64,000 nt of DNA from Chloroflexota bacterium (GTDB taxonomy: Bacteria; Chloroflexota; UBA11872; VXOZ01), in contig CAXXVD010000002.1 in the NCBI GenBank assembly GCA_963662335.2, forward strand, positions 96,001 through 160,000. The letters run 5' to 3'. The translations under genes and the position numbers were made by a program. Below are positions 29,293 through 39,792 of the stretch, piece by piece. The notes beneath the pieces are model-generated. The model did not search any database. It was not told the origin of the DNA and was given only the letters and a program-made list of their open reading frames with translations. Position 1 is the first letter of the stretch. Every line of letters starts with the position of its first letter.

Positions 29293-29437
29293 GGTTTACG
29301 GTCTCGCGTAGGTACTGAGGCGGCCTGCCGCGCGGGCCTACGAGGCGTGAGGCATAACGGGGAGGCGCAGCGCCGGTGTGGAAACCCGCCGCTAATTCCA
29401 CACGTGATTCTAGCACAAACGGCGGCGGCGCGGCAGC

Positions 29438-29531
29438 CTCCGTCATTTCCACGAAAAGGGGCAACACACTCCGTCATCACTCTGAAAACAGCGCGGCCGG
29501 CTCCGTCATTCCCGCGCACGCGGGAATGACG
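29438..29531. repeat. REP-like family E (CGTCATTCCCGCGCACGCGGGAAT) preceded by two degenerate CTCCGTCAT units
   Basis: CTCCGTCAT at 29438, 29469 and 29501; related copy at 27789-27812. Confidence 0.6.
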
Positions 29532-29589
29532 ATTGGAAGACGCAATCTTCGCCCTCAGTGGCGCGGTTAACCGGCCTTAGTGAGCGCCG

Positions 29590-30468
29590 TCAACCGCTCT
29601 CCGGCGTGGCGTACTCCCGCTCCCAGGCGCGGAACTGCTCAACGTTCACGCACTCGGTAAATTCGTCCAGCGTCGTCATGTCGGTGACGCTGGCGGTGGT
29701 GCCGTGTTCCTTGAGGGCCGTATAGACGTGCTGCATGGCGCGGGCCGCGGAAAAGAGCGCCGAAAGCGGATAGACTACGATCTTGAAGCCAATCTCAGCC
29801 AGGGCGTCCGGCGCCAGCACCGGCGTCTTGCCGCCCTCGATCATGTTGGCGAAGAGCGGCGCGTCCGGGAACGCCGCGGCCACGGCGTGCAGTTCGTCCA
29901 GCGACTGGGGCGCTTCGATGAAGACCACGTCCGCGCCGGCCTCGTAGTAGGCGCGGCCGCGTTCCAGGGCGTCGTCCAGTCCCAGCACCGCGCGGGCGTC
30001 GGTGCGGGCGATGATCACCAGGCCGGAATCGCCCCGGGCGTCCACGGCGGCGCGCAGTTTCTGCACGTGGTCTTCCATGGGAATCACCCGCTTGCCCTCC
30101 AGGTGGCCGCACTTCTTGGGCCACTCCTGGTCTTCCAGGATGATGCCGGCCACGCCCTGCGCCACGCACTCGTTCACGGTGCGTATCACGTTGAGCGGGT
30201 TGCCGTAGCCGGTGTCCATGTCGGCCACCAGGGGCACGCTGACGCTCCGCACGATGTTGTGCACGCGGTCGAGAATTTCGCTGGCGGTCATCAGGCCCAG
30301 GTCCGGCACGCCGAGCGCGCTGGCGGCAAAGCCGAAACCGGTGGTAAAGACGGTCTCGAAGCCGGCCTGCTCCGCCAGCCGCGCGCTCAGGCAGTCGTAC
30401 GCGCCGGGCAGGACGACGATACCGGGTTTTTCAATTAGAGCCCGCAATTGGGCGGCACGTTCATTCAC
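29590..30468 (-). CDS. isocitrate lyase/PEP mutase superfamily (methylisocitrate lyase-like)
   Basis: 'ADMDTGYG', 'LEDQ..PKKCGH', 'IIARTDA', 'ANMIEGGKTP'. Confidence 0.88.
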   Translation of the reverse strand: MNERAAQLRALIEKPGIVVLPGAYDCLSARLAEQAGFETVFTTGFGFAASALGVPDLGLMTASEILDRVHNIVRSVSVPLVADMDTGYGNPLNVIRTVNECVAQGVAGIILEDQEWPKKCGHLEGKRVIPMEDHVQKLRAAVDARGDSGLVIIARTDARAVLGLDDALERGRAYYEAGADVVFIEAPQSLDELHAVAAAFPDAPLFANMIEGGKTPVLAPDALAEIGFKIVVYPLSALFSAARAMQHVYTALKEHGTTASVTDMTTLDEFTECVNVEQFRAWEREYATPESG

Positions 30469-30727
30469 CGCACATGCTCCTTGTTTTCTTCTTACCTAAG
30501 GATGCCGCACATTCATAGAGACATTGTAGCCGCAGGCGCGTGTCCACACACGATACCGGGCCGTCCGAACGACCTGCTGCCCCACGCGGCTTGACGAATC
30601 ACACTTGACGGGCATAGGCTAACGCTATCGGGCTTAACGTTTACGGAAAGGGGGTGAGTTCCCATCGGCCCTACGCGAGAAGAGGCCACGTGACTCTAGG
30701 TTTGGTTCAAACGAAGGAGACAAGTAA

Positions 30728-32140
30728 GTGGATATCCGAGAACGCTTTTCGCGGCGTCGTCTGTTGGGCGGTATCGGCGCATTCTCCGCGGGCAGTCTCT
30801 TGTTCGCGGCGTGCGGCCAAGCGGCGCCTATGGAATCCGGCGGGGAGATGGCACAGGAGGAAACGGCCAAGGAAGAGGCCGAACAGCCCGCCATGGCCGA
30901 GCCGGTGGAGGTGCAGTGGCTCACCCACCACAACAGCCGCCAATTGGACAACGTGGACGGACTGGTCAAGGAGCCATTTGAAAACGATAATCCCGGCATC
31001 ACGCTCAAGTGGATCATTTGGTCCGGCGACCGCCGCGAGTTCCTGCTGACGCTCGTGGCCGGCGGCCAAGCGCCTGACGTTGCCTGGCTCACCGATCCGG
31101 CGCTCACGGCGCTCGGCGCGGTGCAAGCCATCGACGACCGGGTCGCCAAGGACCAGATCGACCTCAGCCCCTTCCCGGAAGCGGCCATGGACGCTTGGTT
31201 CCGCCGCGACGGGAAGCTCTTTGCCCTGCCGAACCAGTCCGGCGGCGACTGGCCGGTGGCGCCGACCAACAAGCGCATGTACGAGGAGGAAGGCCTAAAC
31301 CTGCCGCCCACCGATTGGACTGACCCCGATTGGACCTTCGACCGCTTCCGGACGGAGATGAAGCGATTGACCAAGGAAGACGGCGGCCAGCCCACGCAGC
31401 TCGGCCTGCTGGGGGCGAGTCCGGTCTACCTCTTCATCGACTGGCCGAACCTCTTCGATACCGAATGGATCGCCGACGATAACCGCACGGTGATCTCGGA
31501 CGATCCGGCGTTGGTGGATGCCTATGAAAAGTTCTTCGATATGGCTATCCAGGACCGCTCCGTGGCCAAGCCGGGACAGGTAAACGACCTTTTCGGTACC
31601 AATGTCAGGACGGCGTTCGTCGAGGAACGGGGCGCCATGCTGCGCAGCGCGCCCGGCGGCTTCTTCATGATACTGGAGGCAATCCAACGCGGCGCGCCGT
31701 TCGTCTACAGCCCCATTTTTCGCGGCACCAGCGCGCGGCCGGTCTCACACCTGAACCTGGACGGCAACGGCATCGTGGTCGGCTCCAAGCAACCCGACGC
31801 CGGTTGGGCACTCATCAAGTGGGGCAGCCGCACGATCAACTGGGCGATTTCGCGCGGTACCGGCTTCCATCGCGTGGACTTCTTCGACGAATGGGCGGAG
31901 AACATCTACGGCGATAAGGCCTTCCAGGCGGAGGTGCGGCTGGAGGTCTACCGCGACGCGCTGCAGTACGCGGTGCCGGCGGGACGCTCCTTCCGCTCGG
32001 CGGCCTACAACCAGATCCGCGACCAGCTCATCACTCCAATCTTCACGGACCTCTACGAGGGCAAGGTGACGGTGCAAGAAGCCCTGCGCGGCATGAAGCA
32101 GCCGATGCAGGCCCTGGTCGACGAGGCGCTCGCTGGGTAG
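30728..32140 (+). CDS. ABC transporter extracellular solute-binding lipoprotein (family 1), Tat-exported
   Basis: 'SRRRLL', lipobox FAAC, 'AGGQAPDV'. Confidence 0.85.
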   Translation: MDIRERFSRRRLLGGIGAFSAGSLLFAACGQAAPMESGGEMAQEETAKEEAEQPAMAEPVEVQWLTHHNSRQLDNVDGLVKEPFENDNPGITLKWIIWSGDRREFLLTLVAGGQAPDVAWLTDPALTALGAVQAIDDRVAKDQIDLSPFPEAAMDAWFRRDGKLFALPNQSGGDWPVAPTNKRMYEEEGLNLPPTDWTDPDWTFDRFRTEMKRLTKEDGGQPTQLGLLGASPVYLFIDWPNLFDTEWIADDNRTVISDDPALVDAYEKFFDMAIQDRSVAKPGQVNDLFGTNVRTAFVEERGAMLRSAPGGFFMILEAIQRGAPFVYSPIFRGTSARPVSHLNLDGNGIVVGSKQPDAGWALIKWGSRTINWAISRGTGFHRVDFFDEWAENIYGDKAFQAEVRLEVYRDALQYAVPAGRSFRSAAYNQIRDQLITPIFTDLYEGKVTVQEALRGMKQPMQALVDEALAG

Positions 32141-32177
32141 CGTTTCGTATGCTAGCGGCCCGCGTTGCGTGCGGGAC

Positions 32178-32210
32178 GAGAAGAGCCGGCCGCGGCCGGC
32201 TCTTCTCTCT
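32178..32210 (+). terminator. intrinsic terminator-like hairpin
   Basis: GAGAAGAGCCGGCCGCGGCCGGCTCTTCTC followed by TCT. Confidence 0.55.
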
Positions 32211-32454
32211 ATTCCAGTGACGCCCAGCCACCGCGCCGCGACCGCCGCGAGCGAGACACACGCCTGCGCTTATGCGCTATAGTGGATTAGTGAGCGCTTA
32301 CACCCTGTGAGGCTGTCTGCCAAACCGCTGGTGCTGAGCGTCGTCCGCTCCCCTGAGCCTGCCGCCGGGCCAAAGGCTGGCAAGGCGCTACGGGCCGGGA
32401 TAGCGGGCAAAAGCAAGTATGGGCGGAGACGACGGGCAGGAGTCACGACAAGAG

Positions 32455-32791
32455 CCGGCGCGCGCGTCCCGCTACCATTCGCGCTGAGCTTGTCGAAGCG
32501 CAAACGACAGGCAACAGAAAAGGCCCGGAACAACGGGTCAAGGCCGGAACCGGCGCGCGCGTCCCGCTACCGTTCGCGCTGAACCTGTCGAAGCGCAAAC
32601 GACAGGCAGCAGAAAGGGCCCGGAACAACGGGCCAAGGCCGGAACCGGCGCGCGCGTCCCGCTACCATTCGCGCCGAGCCTGTCGAAGCGCAAACGACAG
32701 GCAACAGAAAGGGCCCGGAACAACGGGTCAAGGCCGGAACCGGCGCGCGCGTCCCGCTACCGTTCGCGCTGAACCTGTCGAAGCGCAAACG
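32455..32791. repeat. 3.5 x 95-bp tandem repeat, each unit containing a family D REP
   Basis: Units start at 32455, 32550, 32645 and 32740 and are near-identical. Confidence 0.9.
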
Positions 32792-32896
32792 GCTGAAAGG
32801 CACTCTCTTAGTTTTTTTGGGCAGGTTGTTCTGAGAGAACCTACGCGGCTCACGCATTCTACTGGCGCCGGCGCGGTTGCGCGGCGTCTTGGGGCA

Positions 32897-33526
32897 GTGA
32901 GACTGTCTCTCGCGCTGGCGGGCGCGCTCGTGCTTGCCGCTGTGCTGATGGGCGCGTGCGGGCCGCTGGCGCCGCGCGCCGCGCCGCCGGCGCCGACGGC
33001 AGCGCCATCGCCTGCGCCGATCGCATCGCCCACCCCGTTGCCAACGCCGCCGCCCGCGCCCTCACCGACTGCTGTGCCGCAACCGACCGCGACCGCGCCG
33101 CCGGAACCGCCTGCGGCGACGGCTACGGCCGTTCCTGCGCCCGTCCCCACTGCGCCATCCGCGCCCACGGCGACTCCCGCGCCGCCACCCACGCCCACAC
33201 CGTCCGGTCCGGCAGCGGAACTCGTGGGTGACTGGGAAGGAAGCCTCAGGGTGCTGGGATCTGAGGTGCCGATCAGCGCGAACTTGCAGCTTCAGAACAG
33301 CGAACTGTGGGGCACGCTGGATATTTCCGCGCGCCGGATCGAGGACATGCCCTTCAAGGCCGAAGTTCAGCCGGACGGCGGGATTCGCTTCGTAATCCCC
33401 CAAGAAAGTGGCGACATCACCTTCGACGGCAAGCTGGAAGACGGCGTGGTTACGGGTACCTTCAGGATCGGCCTCATTCGCGGGACGTTCATTCTAGAAC
33501 GCGCCGCCGAGGGGCGTTCATTCTAG
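32897..33526 (+). CDS. lipoprotein with a Pro/Thr/Ala linker and a small C-terminal beta domain
   Basis: Lipobox MGAC; PTATP repeats; 'LVGDWEGSL...GTF'. Confidence 0.7.
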   Translation: MRLSLALAGALVLAAVLMGACGPLAPRAAPPAPTAAPSPAPIASPTPLPTPPPAPSPTAVPQPTATAPPEPPAATATAVPAPVPTAPSAPTATPAPPPTPTPSGPAAELVGDWEGSLRVLGSEVPISANLQLQNSELWGTLDISARRIEDMPFKAEVQPDGGIRFVIPQESGDITFDGKLEDGVVTGTFRIGLIRGTFILERAAEGRSF

Positions 33527-33975
33527 GCCGCGCGGCGCCGCCCGCTACGCCGACCGGCAATTGAGAGCACTTCCTCTCCCTGCGGAGAGCGTCGCGGTGA
33601 GGGAGAATCCGATCTAGCCGGACGTATCTTGCCGGACGTAAGCTGCACCGTCTCGCTGTGGCGGAACCCCTGTCATTCCGAACGAAGCGCAGCGGAGAGA
33701 GGAATCTCGTGTGCCTGCCGTATCGCGTCCGGCAGGCGCACGAGATTCCTCGCATGCGCTCGGAATGACAGCCGGCGTATTCGCGCACACCCTGTGCGGC
33801 CAACCTGCCAGGCGATTCCATGCAGCCAAGCCTACCGCATCGATGCGCGCGGAATTCCGCGCGGCTCCGCGCCGCTCCCGCCCGCTCGCCGGCGTAACGC
33901 AAGAGGCCCCCGAGCGAGACAGCAAGGGTGAGAATGAAAGCGCCGGCACAGCCGCAGCGCCTGGCGCGCCGGCGC

Positions 33976-34740
33976 TCACTCCCCTTTGAACTCCGGCTCC
34001 CGCTTCTCCACGAACGCCCGCAGTCCCTCCGCCGCGTCCGCCGAGCCGCGCACGCGCTCGAACAAGCGGCTCGCCAGGTTCACCCGCTCTTCCAGGCCCA
34101 GGTTCTGGCCGCGCACGGCCGCCTCTTTCATACCGCGGGTTGCCAGCGGCGCGTTCTGCGTGATTGCCTGCGCGTACGCATCCGCCGTTTCCGCCAGCGC
34201 CTCCAGCGGCGCCACCTTGTTGACCAGGTGCAGCCGGTGGGCCTCCTGCGCGCTGATGAATGCTCCCGTGAGCAGGTACTCCAGGGCGTAGTTCAGCGGG
34301 ATGCGGTTGGCGAGCATGGCCGGGCCGCTGATGGAGCTAATGCCGCGCTTGGCTTGCGGCCAGCCGAATTGGGCGGTCTCGGCGGCGATGCGAATGTCCG
34401 AGGCCAGCGCGATGCCGCCGCCCTGCGCCAGGCAGTAGCCGTTGACGGCGGCGATGATGGGCTTCCAGATGCGCGTCTGCATCACGTAGAGGTCCTCGAT
34501 GCTCGTGCCCGGCGCTTCGTCTCCCGACGGCCCGCCCATCTCCTCCAGGTCGTGGCCGACGCAAAACGCCCGTCCCGCGCCAGTGATGATCGCCACCCAG
34601 GCGTCGCCGCGCGCGGAAAAATCCGCGAACACGGAAAAGAGCTCCTCCCGCATGGCGCGGTTGATGGCGTTGAGCTTATCCGGCCGGTTCAGCGTGATGC
34701 GCGCGACCTTGTCGGTGACGGTGTAATCGATGAACGACAT
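33976..34740 (-). CDS. enoyl-CoA hydratase/isomerase family
   Basis: 'ITLNRPDKLNAI', 'AFCVGHDL', 'KPIIAAVNGYCLAQG'. Confidence 0.9.
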   Translation of the reverse strand: MSFIDYTVTDKVARITLNRPDKLNAINRAMREELFSVFADFSARGDAWVAIITGAGRAFCVGHDLEEMGGPSGDEAPGTSIEDLYVMQTRIWKPIIAAVNGYCLAQGGGIALASDIRIAAETAQFGWPQAKRGISSISGPAMLANRIPLNYALEYLLTGAFISAQEAHRLHLVNKVAPLEALAETADAYAQAITQNAPLATRGMKEAAVRGQNLGLEERVNLASRLFERVRGSADAAEGLRAFVEKREPEFKGE

Positions 34741-34882
34741 TGTTATGATTCCTTTCCATCCTGAGGGCGGTTGCGGCAACCGTTGGGCGCGCCTCTAGCG
34801 CGTAAACTGGCCGGAGCGAACCGCTGCCTTGGCGGAGGTGTGACGGCGTGCGAGACTCTTGCGGCGCGGGCGCGGCGTTGTG

Positions 34883-35173
34883 TCACGCTTGCGGCGCCGC
34901 AACCAGCGGCTCGATCGTGCTGACGTCGGCTGTGGCGCGCGCCACGTCCAGGTCGTACATGCGTTGGAGATTCAGCCAGAAGTCGGGCGTCATATTAAGC
35001 GCCTTGCCGAGACGCAGCGCCGTGTCCGCCGTTATGGCGCGGCGGCCCCGCACGATCTGGTTGATGCGGATGGGGGCAACGCCTATCGTCTTTGCCAGGC
35101 GGTACTGGCTTATGCCGAGTTCGTCCAGAAACTCTGCCAGATGTTCGCCGGGGTGGATTGGGTCGGAATTCAT
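34883..35173 (-). CDS. higA: HigA family antitoxin (XRE)
   Basis: 'PIHPGEHL...ITADTALRL...FWLNLQ..YDL'. Confidence 0.92.
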   Translation of the reverse strand: MNSDPIHPGEHLAEFLDELGISQYRLAKTIGVAPIRINQIVRGRRAITADTALRLGKALNMTPDFWLNLQRMYDLDVARATADVSTIEPLVAAPQA

Positions 35174-35229
35174 GGGATTCTGTGCCCTGCCGCGTGGCTC
35201 GAATTACTTGGTGGGAAGCAATCATGCCA

Positions 35230-35508
35230 TCAGTGGTAGTCGGTGACTTCGATCTCCATCGCGCCTTGTTCCGTCCAATAGAAGCACACGCGCCACTGAT
35301 CATTTATCCGCACACTGTACTGACCTTTCCGATTGCTTCCGAGCGCTTTCAGGCGATGTGAAGGCGGCACGCGCAGGTCGGACAAAGCGGCTGCCGCTAT
35401 GATTCGCTGCAACCGCATTCGCGCCCGGCGCTGAATATCGGACGGCAGACGGCGCACCGGCAAGCCACGAAAGACGCGCTCTGTATCCCTATCGGCAAAT
35501 CGCCTCAC
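35230..35508 (-). CDS. higB: HigB (RelE/ParE superfamily) toxin
   Basis: 'DLRVPPSHRLKAL...GQYSVRINDQWRVCF.W...EVTDYH'; toxin upstream of antitoxin. Confidence 0.92.
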   Translation of the reverse strand: MRRFADRDTERVFRGLPVRRLPSDIQRRARMRLQRIIAAAALSDLRVPPSHRLKALGSNRKGQYSVRINDQWRVCFYWTEQGAMEIEVTDYH

Positions 35509-35514
35509 GGCACT

Positions 35515-35543
35515 ATATTATCGTGACACGATAATAGCGTCAA
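35515..35543 (-). promoter_or_regulatory. higBA promoter with operator
   Basis: TTGACG-N17-TAATAT; perfect IR TATTATCGTG-A-CACGATAATA (35516-35536); 6 nt to the GTG (leaderless). Confidence 0.7.
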
Positions 35544-35614
35544 GGGTTCGTTACATGGTCTCGTAAAACGCCTCTGGGGCACATCGGCGTGTCACTCCTA
35601 ACGGCCGAGCCGGC

Positions 35615-35914
35615 TTAGGGATGGGCAATTGCCAGGTCTGGAGATCGTGTACCCGGTGCTGAGCGCGCAGGATGCTTCGATCCAATGCTGGCAACCAGTC
35701 TAATTCTTACGTTGTTCTCCCAAGGACTTGAGGCTACTTCTACGTGATGAGTAGAAGCAAAGCCCTTTACAAGCCTTTGGGCAACAGCGTATGCCTCCTG
35801 GCGACCATTGATGAGCGGAAGAGCTTCGATTTCTTCGATGGTTATCTGCGCATTGTTCAGCAGTAGCATTCCTGCCATTCGCACCGACACCTCGAATGTA
35901 TCGAGCATCGTCAT
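35615..35914 (-). CDS. hypothetical protein (99 aa), translationally coupled to the SDH protease
   Basis: ATGA overlap at 35911-35914 with AAGGAG upstream; low GC. Confidence 0.65.
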   Translation of the reverse strand: MTMLDTFEVSVRMAGMLLLNNAQITIEEIEALPLINGRQEAYAVAQRLVKGFASTHHVEVASSPWENNVRIRLVASIGSKHPARSAPGTRSPDLAIAHP

Positions 35915-36840
35915 TGCTCCTTCCTTACGTCAGGACGCGGTTCTTGCTTGAGTATCTCGGGCGGCAACGCATCTTGGAGGTTTGGCGGCAACTCTCTGAG
36001 TTGCTCTTCCATTTCCTTCTCTCTTTGCGCAGCCTTCAGATCTGCCTTCTTCCGCGCTAGCCTGTATATGTCCCATACAATCCGGACTTGGCACTGAGAA
36101 AGCCTGTGTACTACCAACCCAAGCTCCTCAACTTCGTCGATGTTGATGCAGTGGCCGTGATCTGCATAATGCTCTACCAGTTTATTGGCAATTTTCGAAG
36201 CCTGGTCTCTATCGTCCTTAAGCATTCGGGAAGCCAACAGCTTTGATGCGTATTGCTTGCCAACCTGTAGAGACTTCTTGATGCTGCCGAGGGTTATCGG
36301 GAATTGAAGCCGCTGCAATAGACCCTCTGCCAACTCCTTGTTGCCTTTGTCGAACTCGTTTCGTATGAGTTCAAGTGTTGACTCTATGTGTAATGGAGAA
36401 AACTGCTCTAGTCTCTGTTCCAGTGGGTTGATCTGCGTAATCTGCGGATCTAGCGGCCCAAGTTCGGCTACTTGGGTCATCATCACCGAGTCTCCACCAC
36501 AGACCAGAAGCGTTGCAGCGCTCTTGGCCCAACGAGGCACTATGAAACTAAGTTCCTTCTTTCCATAGGTGCAAAACAACATAGCTAAGTTATACGCTGC
36601 GTCAATGTCTCCTCCAAATGAATTCACCACTACGACTAAACGACTGCCCTCCTTGCCGGAGCCAAATCTCCCTTGCAGGTCGTCAAAGACCTTATCAACG
36701 ATGTTGGGTGTGATTTCCTCATTCAAGAAAGGATAGCACGCCACACTCTCTCCAAAGGTCTTGGAAAGTTCATCCAGCAGAGAATCCGTTTTGGCATCAA
36801 TATCGGGAATTGAATCCGGCAATTCTTGTCCGTCCGACAT
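35911..36840 (-). CDS. SDH family ClpP-fold serine proteinase
   Basis: 'NSFGGDIDAA', 'AKSAATL' (Ser), 'ELGPLDPQI' (Asp), 'DHGHCI' (His). Confidence 0.85.
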   Translation of the reverse strand: MSDGQELPDSIPDIDAKTDSLLDELSKTFGESVACYPFLNEEITPNIVDKVFDDLQGRFGSGKEGSRLVVVVNSFGGDIDAAYNLAMLFCTYGKKELSFIVPRWAKSAATLLVCGGDSVMMTQVAELGPLDPQITQINPLEQRLEQFSPLHIESTLELIRNEFDKGNKELAEGLLQRLQFPITLGSIKKSLQVGKQYASKLLASRMLKDDRDQASKIANKLVEHYADHGHCINIDEVEELGLVVHRLSQCQVRIVWDIYRLARKKADLKAAQREKEMEEQLRELPPNLQDALPPEILKQEPRPDVRKEQ

Positions 36841-37083
36841 TAGCCGCCTCTTCGGTTCTGCTGGAAGAATATTCTCCGATCATACTACCTATTAGGAATC
36901 ATAATTGATGAAACCGCGCGCGTGCAAGACAGTGACAGGCAGCGCCAGTCTTGGTGCAGGATGTCTCCAACTGCAAGCGCAGCCGCGCTCTGACGGAGTA
37001 TCCGGAATCAACTGGGGTAGCGTAAACGCCAAAGCACCGCCTCTCGTGGAGGGAACCCTGTACCGCTATGGGGCCAGTATTTC

Positions 37084-38250
37084 CTACGCTCCCAAGAATC
37101 CCTCTTCATACAACACCGACTTATACCCGTGTTCCGTCGCCCAGCGGATAGCGGCCTCGGTTTTGGCGGGCACGTTGGGTTGGTAGTGGGGCAGGTGTTG
37201 GCGGAAGTATTGCTCGTGCACCATCAGTTCCAGGATTTCGCTGCGGTGGGGGTCTTGGGCCACGGTTTCCAGGTGGGCGGTCACCGCCTCCGGCGTCTTG
37301 ACCGAGTTGATCACCTGGTCGTGGGTCACGAACAGGATATCCTCGCCGTGGTCTTTCCAGTAGTCGTGGGTAAAGAGGTAGGCGGTGGTAGCGGCGTCCA
37401 GGTAGTAGTTCACGCGCGGGGCCGGCGTGGGAATGAAGTAGCCGGCCAGGCCCCAGATGCCTTCCTGGCGCAGGGCGCGGCAGCCCAGGCGGGTGCCCTC
37501 GCCCCAGTGGAGCGTGGTGAAGTGCGACCAACTCTGCTCGCCGGTAAAGCGCAGCGTCTCGTCCCGCACCTGGCGGTAGTCGGTGAGCAGCTTCTCCGCC
37601 GAGGCTTCCTTATACGGGTCCCGCGGCTGGTCGGCGCGGGCGTGGAACGAGAGTTGCAGCCAGTCGGCGTTGTCGCGCCACTCGGACTTGTACGTGTCCG
37701 GCATCTGGCGCAGGTCGAAGTCCTCGCAGGCGTAGTAGATGTTGATGTGCGTCTTCGTGCCGTAGCGGTCGCGCAGGTCGCGCATGAAGCCCAGGTAGAA
37801 GTTGTCGAAGAGCGACTTCGGCCTGTCAAAGGCGATGTCGCGCAGGAAGTAGATGTCGTCATCCAGCGAGAAGCGGTAGCGCGGGAACGAATTGCGGTCC
37901 CAGAGCACCGTGACCGCGTGGGAGAGGGTCTCGCCGCCGCGTTCGGCCACCGCCGTCAGCTCGGTCTCATGCGCGGTCAGGGTAACGTCCGCCGTAAACG
38001 TCGCGCCCACGATCGCCGCCCGCACCTCGCCGACCGCGCCACTCTCGCCCCGGCCCGCACTTTCGTTGCCACGGCTCGAGCTTTCGTTGCCGCTTGTCAA
38101 ATCATTGGCGCCGCCCGCGACGCGCACCGTCACCGCATCCGCCCCGCTCACCACCCCCTGCACCGCGATGCGCAGCCCATCCTCGCCCTGCCGCCCATCA
38201 TGCCGATTGAGTATCGCGCCATGTATCGGCGCCGTAATTTGCACCTGCAT
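37084..38250 (-). CDS. hypothetical protein, probable polysaccharide-deacetylase-like barrel with an N-terminal Ig-like segment
   Basis: 'RFSLDDDI', 'LSFHA', 'TTLHWG', 'LMVHEQY'. Confidence 0.55.
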   Translation of the reverse strand: MQVQITAPIHGAILNRHDGRQGEDGLRIAVQGVVSGADAVTVRVAGGANDLTSGNESSSRGNESAGRGESGAVGEVRAAIVGATFTADVTLTAHETELTAVAERGGETLSHAVTVLWDRNSFPRYRFSLDDDIYFLRDIAFDRPKSLFDNFYLGFMRDLRDRYGTKTHINIYYACEDFDLRQMPDTYKSEWRDNADWLQLSFHARADQPRDPYKEASAEKLLTDYRQVRDETLRFTGEQSWSHFTTLHWGEGTRLGCRALRQEGIWGLAGYFIPTPAPRVNYYLDAATTAYLFTHDYWKDHGEDILFVTHDQVINSVKTPEAVTAHLETVAQDPHRSEILELMVHEQYFRQHLPHYQPNVPAKTEAAIRWATEHGYKSVLYEEGFLGA

Positions 38251-38831
38251 GGTATCTGCCCTGCCTCCTACGCTGCGCGGATGTGGATACCGTATAGTAG
38301 CATAGAGAGGAGAAAAGATGCAGTCTAAGCGCCCACCTACGGCTGTCGGTGTGGTCGCTTCGACTTTTAGTCACATACTTGACTTACTGTGCAGCACTGA
38401 GTAAAGGACGACCACATTGTGTCTAGGTGCGTGCTAGACTTTCTCTGGGCAATACGGCGAACTGAGTGTTCACCGCTCTTGCTCTTGGAGGCAAGATAAA
38501 CAGAGTCTGCATCTTTGTTGATGGGAAGAACTCCGGCGCATCAATGGGCAGTCCTTTTGTCAAGTGATTTCTTGACAAGAGCGCTATTTCTCCAATACGA
38601 TTGCAGTAACTGCGGTAACCTCAAAAGGGCTGCGGAGGATAGCGGAGTCGAATTGCAATGCTAAGCGTGACCTTAGCACTTCGGGGAATGTCAGTCCTGG
38701 TCCCGTCCGGCGGGCAATACCCTCCGCGGAAAATGAACCCGGCATTGAACGTCTGTTCAATGCCGGGTACTATTATACAGCAGCAATGACTGTGAGGAGA
38801 TTGCTCAGTACCTCCAAAGGACTGGAAACTC

Positions 38832-39038
38832 ATGGGATTGGCAACCGCACTTCAGGAACTCAGAGAGCGGAAGCGCGAGGAAGAGGAGCGGAAGTTTCAG
38901 GAACAACTGGCTGAGGTACGCCGAGAAGAACGGGAGCGCATCGTGGCGTTCTACCGGGAACAGGCGGAAGAGAACGGCCAGGAGTTCGTGGAGCCGCCGG
39001 CGGATGATGAGGCGCAAGGCAACTCTAACGACCGCTAG
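38832..39038 (+). CDS. small charged hypothetical protein
   Basis: 68 aa, Glu/Arg-rich helix; AAGGA upstream; terminator follows. Confidence 0.55.
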   Translation: MGLATALQELRERKREEEERKFQEQLAEVRREERERIVAFYREQAEENGQEFVEPPADDEAQGNSNDR

Positions 39039-39060
39039 TCCCTGCTCTCTAGAGTAACCA

Positions 39061-39090
39061 AAGAGCCGTCAGCGCACGCTGGCGGTTCTT
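39061..39090 (+). terminator. hairpin terminator
   Basis: AAGAGCCGTCAGC-GCAC-GCTGGCGGTTCTT. Confidence 0.5.
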
Positions 39091-39403
39091 CGCATTTGGC
39101 CCACGTTAGGCAGGCGGACGGCGCGGGCGAGCGGGAGTCGCACTGGGCAGGGGACAAGCCCCCGCGCTACGCCATAGATTCCTCGCTGCGCTCGGAATGA
39201 CAGTCACGGACACCATATAGATGACAGGAAGTCGGCGTGGCATGACCTAGTCCGTGCCGGACGGAATCCGGTGCGGACACTGGCGAGGAAGCGGTCGTTT
39301 GACGCGCTTGCGGGCCTGTGTTAGCATGTGCCGTGACTGAGATGCGGGTGGGCGGCGGGTGCGCCGATGGCCCGCGCGGGATTAACAAGTGAATAATCCG
39401 TTG

Positions 39404-39520
39404 CCTTATCAAGAGAGGTGGAGGGAGACGGCCCTGTGAAGCCCGGCATCCCGGTGGACGCTACTGCGACCACGACTGGGTGCCAATTCCGGCCCCATGC
39501 GCATTTGGGGCAAGATAAGG
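39404..39520 (+). ncRNA. SAM-I riboswitch (S-box)
   Basis: P1 CCTTATC...GATAAGG; AAGAGAGGTGGAGGGA..GGCCC..TGAAGCCCGGCA; GGTGCCAATTCC; TTGACG...TAGCAT promoter near 39299. Confidence 0.9.
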
Positions 39521-39792
39521 GAAGTATTGCGACATACGACCCCTCTCTATAAGGAAAGAGAAAGGGGTTGTTTTCATTTAATGGATACGTTGCCGGTAAT
39601 GGATACGTTGCTGAAGTACGCGCATGGGCGCGGCGGCGCGCGGCGCGCGCTGACAACGGACGCGGGGGGACTGCCGCTCATGCCCCGCCGCGGGCGCTTT
39701 TCCTAACCGACACCTACGTTACGCAGCCGCTCCGAAGTGGTGAGCGCAGTTGGCCTAAAGACCCTCACCCCGGCCCTCTCCCAGCGGGAGAG

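Noticed and set aside
32455-32791. CRISPR array or repeated small ORFs
   Set aside because: Whole 95-bp units are near-identical with no variable spacers; the ORFs are by-products of the repeat.
32811-32842. Possible IS end (GGTTGTTCTGAGAGAACCT)
   Set aside because: No partner end, TSD or transposase fragment could be identified.
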